Below, in pieces: positions 22,016-32,015 of a DNA stretch of 64,000 nucleotides. Below the pieces are notes generated by a model, which saw only the letters and a program-made list of their open reading frames with translations, made no database searches and was not told where the DNA came from. Both the position numbers and the translations under genes were made by a program. The stretch's first letter is position 1; every line of letters begins with the position of its first letter. Source of the stretch: a virus (lineage: Duplodnaviria > Heunggongvirae > Uroviricota > Caudoviricetes); the IMG/VR virus record IMGVR_UViG_2563366840_000001, one strand, 5' to 3'.

Positions 22016-23956
22016 ATGGATATGAAAAAAGAAACGATTTTTTCCGAAGTAGAAACGGCTAACAGCAAGCAACTGGCTGTGTTGAAAGCTAATTTCCCTC
22101 AGTGTTTTGATAAAAACGGAGCCTTCATTCAAGAAAAATTGCTTGAGATTATTAGGGCATCGGAAGTTGAACTCTCTAAAGAATCATACAGCTTGAACTG
22201 GCTGGGTAAATCTTATGCCCGTTTGTTGGCCAATCTACCACCGAAAACGTTGTTGGCAGAAGATAAAACTCATAACCAACAAGAAGAGAACAAGAACAGT
22301 CAACACCTGTTAATCAAAGGGGATAATCTCGAAGTATTGAAGCATATGGTTAATGCTTACGCTGAAAAGGTGAAGATGATTTACATTGACCCACCATACA
22401 ATACAGGTAAGGATGGGTTCGTTTATAATGATGATCGCAAATTTACACCTGAGCAGCTTTCTGAACTAGCAGGCATCGACCTCGATGAGGCTAAACGCAT
22501 ATTAGAATTTACCACCAAGGGGTCAAGCAGTCATAGTGCATGGCTGACATTCATTTACCCACGCCTTTATATTGCTCGTGAATTAATGAGAGAAGACGGG
22601 ACTATTTTTATTTCTATTGACCATAATGAGTTCAGTCAATTAAAACTAGTTTGCGACGAGATCTTTGGTGAGCAAAACCATGTTGGGGATCTAGTATGGA
22701 AAAATGCAACTGATAACAACCCTTCAAATATCGCTGTAGAGCATGAATATATTATTGTTTACACAAAAAACAAAGAGCAGCTTATAAGTGAGTGGAAATC
22801 TAATATCTCCGATGTAAAAAACTTACTTGTCAACATAGGTGAAGAATTTGCATCAAAATACACTGGCAATGAACTTCAGGAAAAATATACCCAGTGGTTT
22901 CGTGAACACAGATCTGAATTATGGCCTCTTGACCGATACAAATATATAGACAAAGACGGCATCTATACTGGTAGTCAGAGCGTCCACAACCCCGGAAAAG
23001 AGGGTTACAGATATGATATTATACATCCAAAAACTAAGAAGCCATGCAAACAACCTCTTATGGGGTATCGTTTTCCATTAGATACAATGGATAGGCTTCT
23101 GTCTGAAGAAAAGATCATCTTCGGTGATGATGAAAACAAAATTATAGAACTAAAAGTTTATGCTAAGGATTACAAACAGAAATTAAGCTCCGTTATCCAT
23201 CTTGATGGGCGTGTTGCAACGAACGAACTTAAAGAGCTGTTCCCAGAAATGACTCAACCATTCACAAATGCTAAAACTATAAAATTAGTAGAAGATTTAA
23301 TATCTTTTGCATGTGATGGAGAGGGTATTGTTTTGGATTTTTTTGCTGGGTCAGGAACTACAGCGCATACAGTTTTTAATTTGAATAACAAAAATAAAAC
23401 GTCGTATCAGTTTATTACAGTTCAACTAGATGAACCTACAAAAGATAAATCTGATGCCATGAAGCATGGCTATAATACAATATTTGACTTAACAAAGGAG
23501 CGTTTAATTAGGGCGTCTAAAAAAAATAGGGATCAGGGGTTTAAGGTATATCAACTAATGCCAGATTTTCGCGCTAAAGACGAATCAGAACTTACACTGT
23601 CTAATCATACATTCTTTGATGATGTTGTCTTGACGCCTGAACAATATGACACTCTATTAACTACATGGTGCCTGTATGATGGCAGTTTGCTAACAACACC
23701 TATTGAAGATGTTGATCTTGGTGGCTACAAAGCACATTTGTGCGATGGTCGTCTGTATTTGATTGCACCTAATTTTACTAGCGAAGCATTGAAAGCGTTA
23801 CTTCAAAAGGTGGATTCAGACAAAGACTTTGCTCCAAACAAAGTCGTGTTTTATGGCAGCAACTTTGAAAGCGCAAAGCAAATGGAACTCAATGAAGCAC
23901 TAAAAAGTTATGCTAATAAAAAATCTATTGAGTTAGATTTGGTGGTGAGGAACTAA
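22016..23956 (+). CDS. mod: Type III restriction-modification methyltransferase (Mod), EcoP1I-like
   Basis: N6-adenine MTase motifs DPPY and FFAGSGTT; start uncertain between ATG 22016 and 22022 (track 22001); AT-rich coding sequence. Confidence 0.93.
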   Translation: MDMKKETIFSEVETANSKQLAVLKANFPQCFDKNGAFIQEKLLEIIRASEVELSKESYSLNWLGKSYARLLANLPPKTLLAEDKTHNQQEENKNSQHLLIKGDNLEVLKHMVNAYAEKVKMIYIDPPYNTGKDGFVYNDDRKFTPEQLSELAGIDLDEAKRILEFTTKGSSSHSAWLTFIYPRLYIARELMREDGTIFISIDHNEFSQLKLVCDEIFGEQNHVGDLVWKNATDNNPSNIAVEHEYIIVYTKNKEQLISEWKSNISDVKNLLVNIGEEFASKYTGNELQEKYTQWFREHRSELWPLDRYKYIDKDGIYTGSQSVHNPGKEGYRYDIIHPKTKKPCKQPLMGYRFPLDTMDRLLSEEKIIFGDDENKIIELKVYAKDYKQKLSSVIHLDGRVATNELKELFPEMTQPFTNAKTIKLVEDLISFACDGEGIVLDFFAGSGTTAHTVFNLNNKNKTSYQFITVQLDEPTKDKSDAMKHGYNTIFDLTKERLIRASKKNRDQGFKVYQLMPDFRAKDESELTLSNHTFFDDVVLTPEQYDTLLTTWCLYDGSLLTTPIEDVDLGGYKAHLCDGRLYLIAPNFTSEALKALLQKVDSDKDFAPNKVVFYGSNFESAKQMELNEALKSYANKKSIELDLVVRN

Positions 23957-23958
23957 TC

Positions 23959-26871
23959 ATGTCAAAAGGGTTCACTCTCGAAAAGAACTTGCCGCATCAG
24001 AAAGCAGGAGTCGATGCGGTGATGAATGTTTTTGTTTCCGCAACACCTCACCTGACGGATAATGTTGCTGTTCGCCTTTTAGCTAATCCTGAACTGAAGC
24101 TGTCTGAACAACAATACTACAACAATATAAAAAATGTTCAGGCGTTCAATGGTATTGCGCACTCAAAAGATAATCACAATGCTAAAAGCAACATCATTGA
24201 TGTTTCTATGGAGACAGGTACAGGCAAGACGTACACCTATATCAAAACTATTTTTGACCTGAATAAATCATTTGGTATTAACAAGTTTATCATCATTGTT
24301 CCGACTCTATCTATCAAGGCCGGAACCGTTAACTTTTTAAAAAGTGATGCTTTAAAAGAACACTTCCGGGATGATTACAAGCGTGAGCTGAGAACTTACG
24401 TTGTTGAAAGTCAGAAAAACGCTGGCAAAAATACAAAATCGTATATGCCTCAGGCTATACATGATTTTGTTGAAGCAAGTAACTTCAATAAAAAATATAT
24501 ACACGTTCTTGTTATTAACTCAGGAATGATCAACTCTAAGTCTTTAACGGATACTTACGATACTGGCTTGCTTGATAATCAGTTTAATACTCCAGTTGAC
24601 GCGCTCAGAGCTGTAAAACCATTTATCATCATTGACGAACCACATAGATTTCCTACTGGTAAAAAAACATGGGAAAACATAGAGAAATTTAACGCACAAT
24701 ATATTATCCGCTATGGCGCAACCTTTAGCGAAGGCTATAAGAACCTGGTTTATCGTCTTACAGCCGTGGACGCATTTAACGATGATCTCGTTAAAGGTAT
24801 TGATGCATATATTGAGGATATAGTCGGCGATGGTAACGCAAACCTCAAATTCGTCAAATCTGACGGAAAGGAAGCTACATTTGAACTGAATGAAAACAAC
24901 AACAAAAAATCGTTTAAGTTAGCTAAAGGTGAATCACTGTCTAAGACGCATAGTGCGATCCATGATTTAACTCTTGATGCTTTAAACAAGAGCACAGCAG
25001 TGTTGAGTAATGGTATTGAGTTGAAGATTGGTAGCTCAATAAATCCCTATTCTTACGATCAGACACTCGCTGATAACATGATGCGTAAGGCTGTCAAAGA
25101 ACACTTTAAGTTAGAAAAAGAACTTCTGACACAAAGGCCACGCATAAAGCCTCTTACTCTTTTCTTTATTGACGATATTGAAGGCTATCGTGACGGTAAT
25201 GATATTTCCGGAAGCCTGAAGACCAAATTCGAAGAATACGTTCTGGCAGAAGCTAATGAACTGTTAAAAACAGAGCAAGATGCGTTTTATAAAAACTATC
25301 TTGAAAAAACAGTCACAAATATATCTTCCGTTCATGGTGGTTATTTCTCAAAAGATAACAGTGATAAGGATGATAAAATCGAGCAGGAAATCAACGAAAT
25401 CCTTCATGACAAAGAGCTTTTGCTGTCTTTAGATAATCCCCGTCGGTTTATTTTCTCAAAATGGACGTTGCGTGAGGGGTGGGATAATCCTAATGTTTTT
25501 CAGATCTGTAAGCTCCGTTCGAGCGGTAGTACCACATCTAAGCTTCAAGAGGTAGGGCGCGGTTTGCGTCTTCCTGTGAATGAATACATGTGTCGAGTGA
25601 AAGACCGCAATTTTACCCTTAAATATTATGTTGATTTTACAGAAAAGGATTTTGTTGACTCACTTGTTAAAGAGGTCAACGAGAGTTCTTTCAAAGAAAG
25701 GGTTCCAAGTAAGTTTACTCAAGAGCTTAAGGAACAAATCATGGCTCAGTATCCTGAGCTTTCATCCAGAGCACTAATGAATGAACTTTTCAATGATGAA
25801 ATCATTGATGACAATGATAATTTCAAAGATTCAGATGCCTATAGCCGCTTAAAATCCAAATATCCAGCAGCATTCCCTATAGGAGTGAAACCTGGTAAAA
25901 TCAAAAAAGCTACTGATGGAAAAAGACGCACTAAAATGCGTGTTGGTAAGTTCAGTGAGCTGAAAGAACTATGGGATTTGATCAATCAAAAAGCGGTGAT
26001 TGAGTACAAAATAAACAGTGAAAGTGAATTTTTATCCATTTTCAAGTCATTCATGCTCGAAGAAACAGAACGATTTACCAAATCAGGCGTTCATACTCGC
26101 ATTGATAAAATTTACATCCACAATGATATGGCAATGTCGAAAAGCATTGTCAGTGATGACGATGACTTTGCTAAGCTGAACACAATGAGCTATCGAGAGT
26201 TTCTCGATAACTTATCACAGACTATTTTTGTTAAACACGGTACTTTACATAAAGTTTTTTGTGATATAAAAGACACTATTAATATCACTGAATACCTTAA
26301 TATTCAAACAATCAGAAAAATTAAATCTGGTTTTAGTAAGTATTTGTTGAACAATTCGTTTAATAAATTCAGCCTCGGATATAATTTGATTTCGGGTTCA
26401 ATTCATCCTACAAAGTTCACAAATGCTGATGGTAATCCTCTAGGCGAGGTATTATCAAGTGATCTTGGTGTATTGCAGGATAATGCAAAAGCACCATTAG
26501 ATACTTATCTTTTTGAAGAAGTTTTTTATGATTCAGAGCTTGAAAGGCGTAATATAACAGATAGAGAGATCCAGTCTGTTGTTGTTTTTTCAAAGATACC
26601 GAAGAATTCTATTAAGATCCCGGTAGCTGGTGGATACACTTACTCACCCGATTTTGCTTATGTTGTAAAAACAGCGGAAGGTGATTATCTTAATTTTATC
26701 ATTGAAACAAAAAACGTAGATAGTAAGGATAGTTTACGGCTTGAAGAAAAACGGAAAATTGAACATGCCCAAGCGCTTTTCAATCAAATAAGTCAGTCTG
26801 TTAAAGTTGAATTCAGAACGCAGTTTGCTAATGATGATATTTATCAGTTAATCAAGAGCGCATTACCATAA
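23959..26871 (+). CDS. res: Type III restriction endonuclease (Res), EcoP1I-like
   Basis: 970 aa; helicase motifs ETGTGKT and IIIDEPH; immediately follows mod. Confidence 0.93.
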   Translation: MSKGFTLEKNLPHQKAGVDAVMNVFVSATPHLTDNVAVRLLANPELKLSEQQYYNNIKNVQAFNGIAHSKDNHNAKSNIIDVSMETGTGKTYTYIKTIFDLNKSFGINKFIIIVPTLSIKAGTVNFLKSDALKEHFRDDYKRELRTYVVESQKNAGKNTKSYMPQAIHDFVEASNFNKKYIHVLVINSGMINSKSLTDTYDTGLLDNQFNTPVDALRAVKPFIIIDEPHRFPTGKKTWENIEKFNAQYIIRYGATFSEGYKNLVYRLTAVDAFNDDLVKGIDAYIEDIVGDGNANLKFVKSDGKEATFELNENNNKKSFKLAKGESLSKTHSAIHDLTLDALNKSTAVLSNGIELKIGSSINPYSYDQTLADNMMRKAVKEHFKLEKELLTQRPRIKPLTLFFIDDIEGYRDGNDISGSLKTKFEEYVLAEANELLKTEQDAFYKNYLEKTVTNISSVHGGYFSKDNSDKDDKIEQEINEILHDKELLLSLDNPRRFIFSKWTLREGWDNPNVFQICKLRSSGSTTSKLQEVGRGLRLPVNEYMCRVKDRNFTLKYYVDFTEKDFVDSLVKEVNESSFKERVPSKFTQELKEQIMAQYPELSSRALMNELFNDEIIDDNDNFKDSDAYSRLKSKYPAAFPIGVKPGKIKKATDGKRRTKMRVGKFSELKELWDLINQKAVIEYKINSESEFLSIFKSFMLEETERFTKSGVHTRIDKIYIHNDMAMSKSIVSDDDDFAKLNTMSYREFLDNLSQTIFVKHGTLHKVFCDIKDTINITEYLNIQTIRKIKSGFSKYLLNNSFNKFSLGYNLISGSIHPTKFTNADGNPLGEVLSSDLGVLQDNAKAPLDTYLFEEVFYDSELERRNITDREIQSVVVFSKIPKNSIKIPVAGGYTYSPDFAYVVKTAEGDYLNFIIETKNVDSKDSLRLEEKRKIEHAQALFNQISQSVKVEFRTQFANDDIYQLIKSALP

Positions 26872-26882
26872 TGCTAGTTTAA

Positions 26883-26906
26883 AAGGAGGTGAAAACCTCC
26901 TTTTTT
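26883..26906 (+). terminator. Rho-independent terminator after res
   Basis: AAGGAGGT-gaaa-ACCTCCTT stem followed by TTTTTT. Confidence 0.8.
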
Positions 26907-26945
26907 GACATCCTACACGACCTGAAAGAAGTGGCGTTTAGGCCG

Positions 26946-27587
26946 TTAAAAATAGTTCCCCTCTCCAGTTAAGATTCCATGAGGAACTCTTTTTTCTGCA
27001 AGTCTCTGTGTGCCCCGAATTATGTTAATGAGAGGGCTTAGTAACGATGGTTCCTGGTGTGCCTCAACTTCTCCAGCCATTGCCCTGATGTAGTCGGCGC
27101 TGGCAACGTTGTTGTATTCCGTCGCAAAGCAACATAGTAACGTCAGAACATGCTCTGTCGTTATTTCGCTCCAGTTGATGTTGAAAAATTCATCGCCTTT
27201 TTTATCGTGTTCGGAATCGAAGATGCTTTGGTGGAGGATGTATTTGCCGGATTCCTTGCGCGGTAACTTGATTGCTTTCTGGCGTTCCAGCTCCTTATAA
27301 ATCTGCATTGCCTCAATTAGTACCGGCCTGCCGTTCATGAAGGGATCGCGCAACCTTACACGCTGGCCAACTCGACCAGTAATAAAGCTGTTTTCCTCTT
27401 CCACCAGCACGATAAAACCCTTTTCCTCTTTTTCTCGCAATTCGCGCAGCAGCTGGAGTTCCATATCGCGGCGGCGTTCAGGGTAGCTGGTCCGCTCAGC
27501 CATTATCAGCTCGTTATTGATCCATGCAGCAGTCATTGACGCCGGTTTGCCGACGCTCATCGAAACAACGCATATTTTCTTATCCAT
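26946..27587 (-). CDS. mat: Mat-like protein
   Basis: Position between res and ref as in P1; start at MDKKICVV (27587) follows a GGGGG SD; track ORF extends to 27734. Confidence 0.5.
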   Translation of the reverse strand: MDKKICVVSMSVGKPASMTAAWINNELIMAERTSYPERRRDMELQLLRELREKEEKGFIVLVEEENSFITGRVGQRVRLRDPFMNGRPVLIEAMQIYKELERQKAIKLPRKESGKYILHQSIFDSEHDKKGDEFFNINWSEITTEHVLTLLCCFATEYNNVASADYIRAMAGEVEAHQEPSLLSPLINIIRGTQRLAEKRVPHGILTGEGNYF

Positions 27588-27776
27588 AGCGCCCCCTACA
27601 AAAAAGAAAAGCCACCAGCGGCGGCTTAGCAATACAACTGAAGGTAGCGCCCGGTACTCAGACTGTGCCGTCCATGGAATATTTGAAAAGGGATCCATCC
27701 GTACCGGGCGTGTGATGATTCTGACTGAAGTCACTTGTCAGTTGTCAATCATTTATCATTAAAAATAATATATTTA

Positions 27777-28337
27777 TTAGTGCATGATGTTTGCCATCTC
27801 ATAGGCGTCAGCCAGTAACTCCATCTCTGACTTGTTCAGCAGGGTGAATTCTTTCTTGCCTCCAACCACACCATCGGCATGAACAGGGACCAGCCAGGGG
27901 TATTTTGCTCTTACTTCAGCCGGTGCTGCATGCTGGTGGTGCCATCTACAAAGTGGCAATTGCTTTTTATGACAACCCGGCGCGGTACGACCGGCGATAT
28001 GGTGCAGAGACACCTCATTAGATATTACTCCATGCATATAGCAGGCAATGCAGGGGAGAGTGCCAAGAGCATTGGCGATGCGCCGTTCCTCCGCCGTTGG
28101 TGTTCTCCCCTTCAAGCCACGAGATTTTATTTTTACCGCGCTTTTCCGCGTTTTGCTGGCTGGTGGGCGCTCTTTCTGTTTAGCGATACGGCGGTCGATA
28201 GTATCCCGCATTTTCTGATATTGAGATTCTCGCCAGACCGGATCAGCCAACTTCTCCCGTTGCCGAGCGATCGCTCGTTCTCTGGCTGCCTTCTGCCACT
28301 TGCGGCACTGTTCAATTTTTTGTTCGATTGTTTTCAT
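27777..28337 (-). CDS. ref: Ref recombination enhancement HNH nuclease
   Basis: 186 aa with Cys/His-rich HNH-type motif CIACYMHG...HHIAGR...CRWHH; matches P1 Ref. Confidence 0.9.
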   Translation of the reverse strand: MKTIEQKIEQCRKWQKAARERAIARQREKLADPVWRESQYQKMRDTIDRRIAKQKERPPASKTRKSAVKIKSRGLKGRTPTAEERRIANALGTLPCIACYMHGVISNEVSLHHIAGRTAPGCHKKQLPLCRWHHQHAAPAEVRAKYPWLVPVHADGVVGGKKEFTLLNKSEMELLADAYEMANIMH

Positions 28338-28436
28338 ATGGTCAAAAAAAAGGCGGCCTAATGGCCGCCTATGATGTCAAGGAGTGAAGTAATGGCAACG
28401 TCTTCGTAGTTGGCAAAAACTGCGACTCAATTATAG

Positions 28437-28453
28437 CAACCAATTAGAGCAAT
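28437..28453. promoter_or_regulatory. C1 operator-like site upstream of ref
   Basis: Contains the TTAGAGCAAT core of the C1 operator. Confidence 0.45.
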
Positions 28454-28584
28454 TAAAGTTGTTTATTTATCGCGAATCACATTTTTTCACTTCAGTACCT
28501 GTGTGCTATACTCCTTCTTGATTGATTGGATGCGGAATACAAACCCGCTCTTTTGTGCAGCCTGGATCCTTGCCAGGCTTTTTT

Positions 28585-28896
28585 TTATTTCATCATGGAA
28601 GCTGTTAACGCTTTGGACCTTGCTGAACTGATTGAGAGGGCTTTGTCAACGTGCCCCAAAAATTCGCCAAACTCAGACATCACTTTAGCAAAACCGCGCC
28701 GTGCTTCTTCCTCGGTGGCATTCATCACGAAATGTTCAGCACCACGCATACTTTTGACAGGGAACGCAACGGATATTGAATCAATATCAGGCATTCTATC
28801 GCTCAGCTTTACAGTGACAATGACGGCTGGCGACTGAATATTAGTGCTTACAGACAGCACTACATATTTTCCGTCGATGTTGAAATCCTTTCTCAT
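28585..28896 (-). CDS. cra: Cre-associated protein
   Basis: 103-aa ORF immediately downstream of cre. Confidence 0.6.
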   Translation of the reverse strand: MRKDFNIDGKYVVLSVSTNIQSPAVIVTVKLSDRMPDIDSISVAFPVKSMRGAEHFVMNATEEEARRGFAKVMSEFGEFLGHVDKALSISSARSKALTASMMK

Positions 28897-28912
28897 ATGT
28901 CACCATAAATAT

Positions 28913-28929
28913 CAAAGAATTAGAGCAAT
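28913..28929. promoter_or_regulatory. C1 operator-like site between cre and cra
   Basis: AATTAGAGCAAT core, about 13/17 to consensus. Confidence 0.4.
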
Positions 28930-28946
28930 CATTTACGCGTTAATGG

Positions 28947-29978
28947 CTAATCGCCATCTTCCAGCAGGCGCACCATTGCCCCTGTTTCACTATCCAGGTT
29001 ACGGATATAGTTCATGACAATATTTACGTTGGTCCAGCCACCAGCTTGCATGATCTCCGGTATTGAAACTCCGGCACGGGCCATATCTCGCGCGGCTCCG
29101 ACACGGGCACTGTGTCCAGACCAGGCCAGGTACCTCTGGCCAGAGTCATCCTTAGCCCCGTAAATCAATCGGTGAGTTGCTTCAAAAATCCCTTCCAGGG
29201 CGCGAGTTGATAGCTGGCTGGTGGGTGATGGCGAGGCAACACCATTTTTTCTGACCCGGCAAAACAAGTAGTTATTCGGATCATCAGCCACACCAGAGAC
29301 AGAAATCCATCGCTCGACCAGTTTAGTTACCCCCAGGCTAAGTGCCTTCTCTACACCTGCGGTGCTAACCAGCGTTTTCGTTCTGCCAATATGGATTAAC
29401 ATTCTCCCACCGTCAGTACGTGAGATATCTTTAACCCTGATCCTGGCAATTTCGGCTATACGTAACAGGGTGTTATAAGCAATCCCCAGAAATGCCAGAT
29501 TACGTATATCCTGGCAGCGATCGCTATTTTCCATGAGTGAACGAACCTGGTCGAAATCAGTGCGTTCGAACGCTAGTGCCTGTTTTGCACGTTCACCGGC
29601 ATCAACGTTTTCTTTTCGGATCCGCCGCATAACCAGTGAAACAGCATTGCTGTCACTTAGTCGCGGCAGCCCGGACCGACGATGAAGCATGTTTAGCTGG
29701 CCCAAATGTTGCTGGATAGTTTTTACTGCCAGACCGCGCGCCTGAAGATATAGAAGATAATCGCGAACATCTTCAGGTTCTGCGGGAAACCATTTCCGGT
29801 TATTCAACTTGCACCATGCCGCCCATGACCGGCAAACGGACAGAAGCATTTTCCAGGTATGCTCAGAAAACGCCTGGCGATCCCTGAACATGTCCATCAG
29901 GTTCTTGCGAACCTCATCACTCGTTGCATCGACCGGCAATGCAGGCAAATTTTGGTGTACGGTCAGTAAATTGGACAT
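28947..29978 (-). CDS. cre: Cre tyrosine recombinase
   Basis: 343 aa, MSNLLTVHQNLPALPVDATSDEVRKNLMDMF...; near-identical to Cre with a few substitutions. Confidence 0.99.
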   Translation of the reverse strand: MSNLLTVHQNLPALPVDATSDEVRKNLMDMFRDRQAFSEHTWKMLLSVCRSWAAWCKLNNRKWFPAEPEDVRDYLLYLQARGLAVKTIQQHLGQLNMLHRRSGLPRLSDSNAVSLVMRRIRKENVDAGERAKQALAFERTDFDQVRSLMENSDRCQDIRNLAFLGIAYNTLLRIAEIARIRVKDISRTDGGRMLIHIGRTKTLVSTAGVEKALSLGVTKLVERWISVSGVADDPNNYLFCRVRKNGVASPSPTSQLSTRALEGIFEATHRLIYGAKDDSGQRYLAWSGHSARVGAARDMARAGVSIPEIMQAGGWTNVNIVMNYIRNLDSETGAMVRLLEDGD

Positions 29979-30396
29979 TTGACACTCAGATAATGGTTTT
30001 AAGTAAAGTGTACAGGATCGGCTCTGCCTTTACCTGTTTATGGTTCTCGTCATAGAAACGCCAACGACCGCGACTGCGTTCTATCTTTTCTTCACCGCGC
30101 GATAATGACAGTTGACAACTATCACGATCAAACCCTTTTGCCCGCCAGTAACCACGATTTTTCTCAAGCTCAAGATGAGTGGACACTTTAGCAGCTGAAT
30201 ATCCCATTTTTCACCTCTGATTGATTGGTGGTGCTAAGTGCGCTACGCGAAATCTGGAGCACTAACACTGCCAACATTTCGCAGATTTTACGTAGCGCAA
30301 CCTTGATCAAATGATCAAGTGATCACTATTTGACCTGGTAAGGTATTGAACTGTATGGATTTACAGGTAAATTGATCATGTTCAATAACCCTTAAG

Positions 30397-30430
30397 ATAA
30401 CTTCGTATAATGTATGCTATACGAAGTTAT
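30397..30430. other. loxP site
   Basis: Exact ATAACTTCGTATA-ATGTATGC-TATACGAAGTTAT 34-bp sequence. Confidence 0.99.
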
Positions 30431-30473
30431 TAGGTCTGAAGAGGAGTTTACGTCCAGCTGCGCATAAAAATCA

Positions 30474-30490
30474 AGAATTATTAGAGCAAT
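30474..30490 (-). promoter_or_regulatory. C1 operator (Op99-type)
   Basis: AGAATTATTAGAGCAAT, 14/17 to the reverse consensus. Confidence 0.6.
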
Positions 30491-30550
30491 AAATTTTGAG
30501 AGAAAAATCCCACTCCACCAGCCAAAAACTGGATTGTTTTTCATAGTTGT

Positions 30551-30577
30551 TTGACAATTGCTCTAATAAATTATAGT
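30551..30577 (+). promoter_or_regulatory. coi/c1 promoter overlapped by a C1 operator
   Basis: TTGACA followed by ATTGCTCTAATAAATTA (16/17) and TATAGT. Confidence 0.75.
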
Positions 30578-30811
30578 TTTGCCGCCGTTACGTAATACGA
30601 CTTTGGATTCACTATTTAATGTGTCTTCAGCGTTGTAGAGCGGCTCAGAAGGAAATGAGCAAACAGGGAAACCTTATACAACGGCATTACAGCTATGCAT
30701 TGCTCATCTTACACACAGCGCAATGTTGTTAGATTACCCCAGCATGGATCATGGGTGAAACAGTAGGTCAGAGCTTCAGGCTCTGTGTTGTCAATACAGT
30801 GAGGCATAATT

Positions 30812-31021
30812 ATGGCTTTCATTCCACCAACCATCGACGACGTTAGACATTGCTCTAACGCTTTATCTGTAGACCCCGCCGAAACCGACGCTGCCCGCGC
30901 CATTGCTGAACACTACTCAAAGATATCCAATCAGGAGTACCGCATCACCCAAGACGACCTGGATGATCTCACTGACACAATCGAATATCTCATGGCCACT
31001 AACCAGCCAGACTCACAATAA
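30812..31021 (+). CDS. coi: Coi, C1 inactivator
   Basis: 69-aa ORF directly upstream of c1. Confidence 0.85.
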   Translation: MAFIPPTIDDVRHCSNALSVDPAETDAARAIAEHYSKISNQEYRITQDDLDDLTDTIEYLMATNQPDSQ

Positions 31022-31131
31022 ATGCACTAATAAATCTATTATTTTCGTTGGATCCTTCTATAATGGTGGCCAACAACTCCCAGTGTAATCCGCTGTGAGT
31101 TGTTGGCCATGTCAATTCTGGAGGAGGATCA

Positions 31132-31983
31132 ATGATAAATTATGTCTACGGCGAACAACTGTACCAGGAGTTCGTCAGCTTCAGGGATCTCTTTCTAAAA
31201 AAAGCTGTTGCACGCGCCCAACACGTTGATGCCGCCAGCAACGGTCGTCCTGTACGCCCGGTTGTCGTTCTACCGTTCAAAGAAACTGACAGCATTCAGG
31301 CTGAAATTGATAAATGGACTTTAATGGCGCGGGAACTGGAACAGTACCCAGACCTCAATATCCCAAAGACTATTTTATATCCAGTGCCTAACATCCTTCG
31401 CGGTGTGCGTAAGGTTACAACTTATCAGACAGAGGCTGTGAACAGCGTCAACATGACCGCTGGCCGCATTATTCATCTGATTGATAAGGACATTCGCATC
31501 CAAAAAAGCGCGGGGATCAATGAGCACAGTGCGAAATACATAGAGAACCTGGAAGCAACAAAAGAGCTAATGAAGCAGTACCCGGAGGATGAAAAATTCC
31601 GTATGCGCGTACACGGCTTTAGCGAAACAATGCTGCGCGTCCATTACATTTCTAGTAGCCCTAACTACAATGATGGTAAATCAGTTAGTTACCATGTGCC
31701 GCTATGTGGTGTGTTTATCTGCGATGAAACTCTCCGTGATGGAATTATCATCAACGGTGAATTCGAGAAAGCAAAATTTAGCCTTTATGACTCCATAGAA
31801 CCGATCATCTGCGACCGCTGGCCGCAAGCAAAAATATATCGCCTGGCAGATATTGAAAATGTAAAAAAACAAATTGCCATCACTCGCGAAGAGAAAAAGG
31901 TTAAGTCAGCCGCATCAGTTACGCGCAGTCGTAAAACCAAGAAGGGGCAGCCAGTAAACGACAACCCCGAAAGCGCGCAATAA
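31132..31983 (+). CDS. c1: C1 master repressor
   Basis: 283 aa, MINYVYGEQLYQEFVSFRDLFLKKAV...; matches P1 C1. Confidence 0.97.
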   Translation: MINYVYGEQLYQEFVSFRDLFLKKAVARAQHVDAASNGRPVRPVVVLPFKETDSIQAEIDKWTLMARELEQYPDLNIPKTILYPVPNILRGVRKVTTYQTEAVNSVNMTAGRIIHLIDKDIRIQKSAGINEHSAKYIENLEATKELMKQYPEDEKFRMRVHGFSETMLRVHYISSSPNYNDGKSVSYHVPLCGVFICDETLRDGIIINGEFEKAKFSLYDSIEPIICDRWPQAKIYRLADIENVKKQIAITREEKKVKSAASVTRSRKTKKGQPVNDNPESAQ

Positions 31984-32015
31984 ATTATGCCCGGCATCAA
32001 CCGGGCATTCTTCCA

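Noticed and set aside
29986-30207. 73-aa minus-strand ORF between loxP and cre
   Set aside because: Lies in the cre promoter/leader region, has basic low-complexity composition and no convincing SD; probably not a gene.
31987-32012. Terminator between convergent c1 and the antirepressor-like gene
   Set aside because: An inverted repeat (ATGCCCGG...CCGGGCAT) is present but has no clear U-run on either strand; left unannotated.
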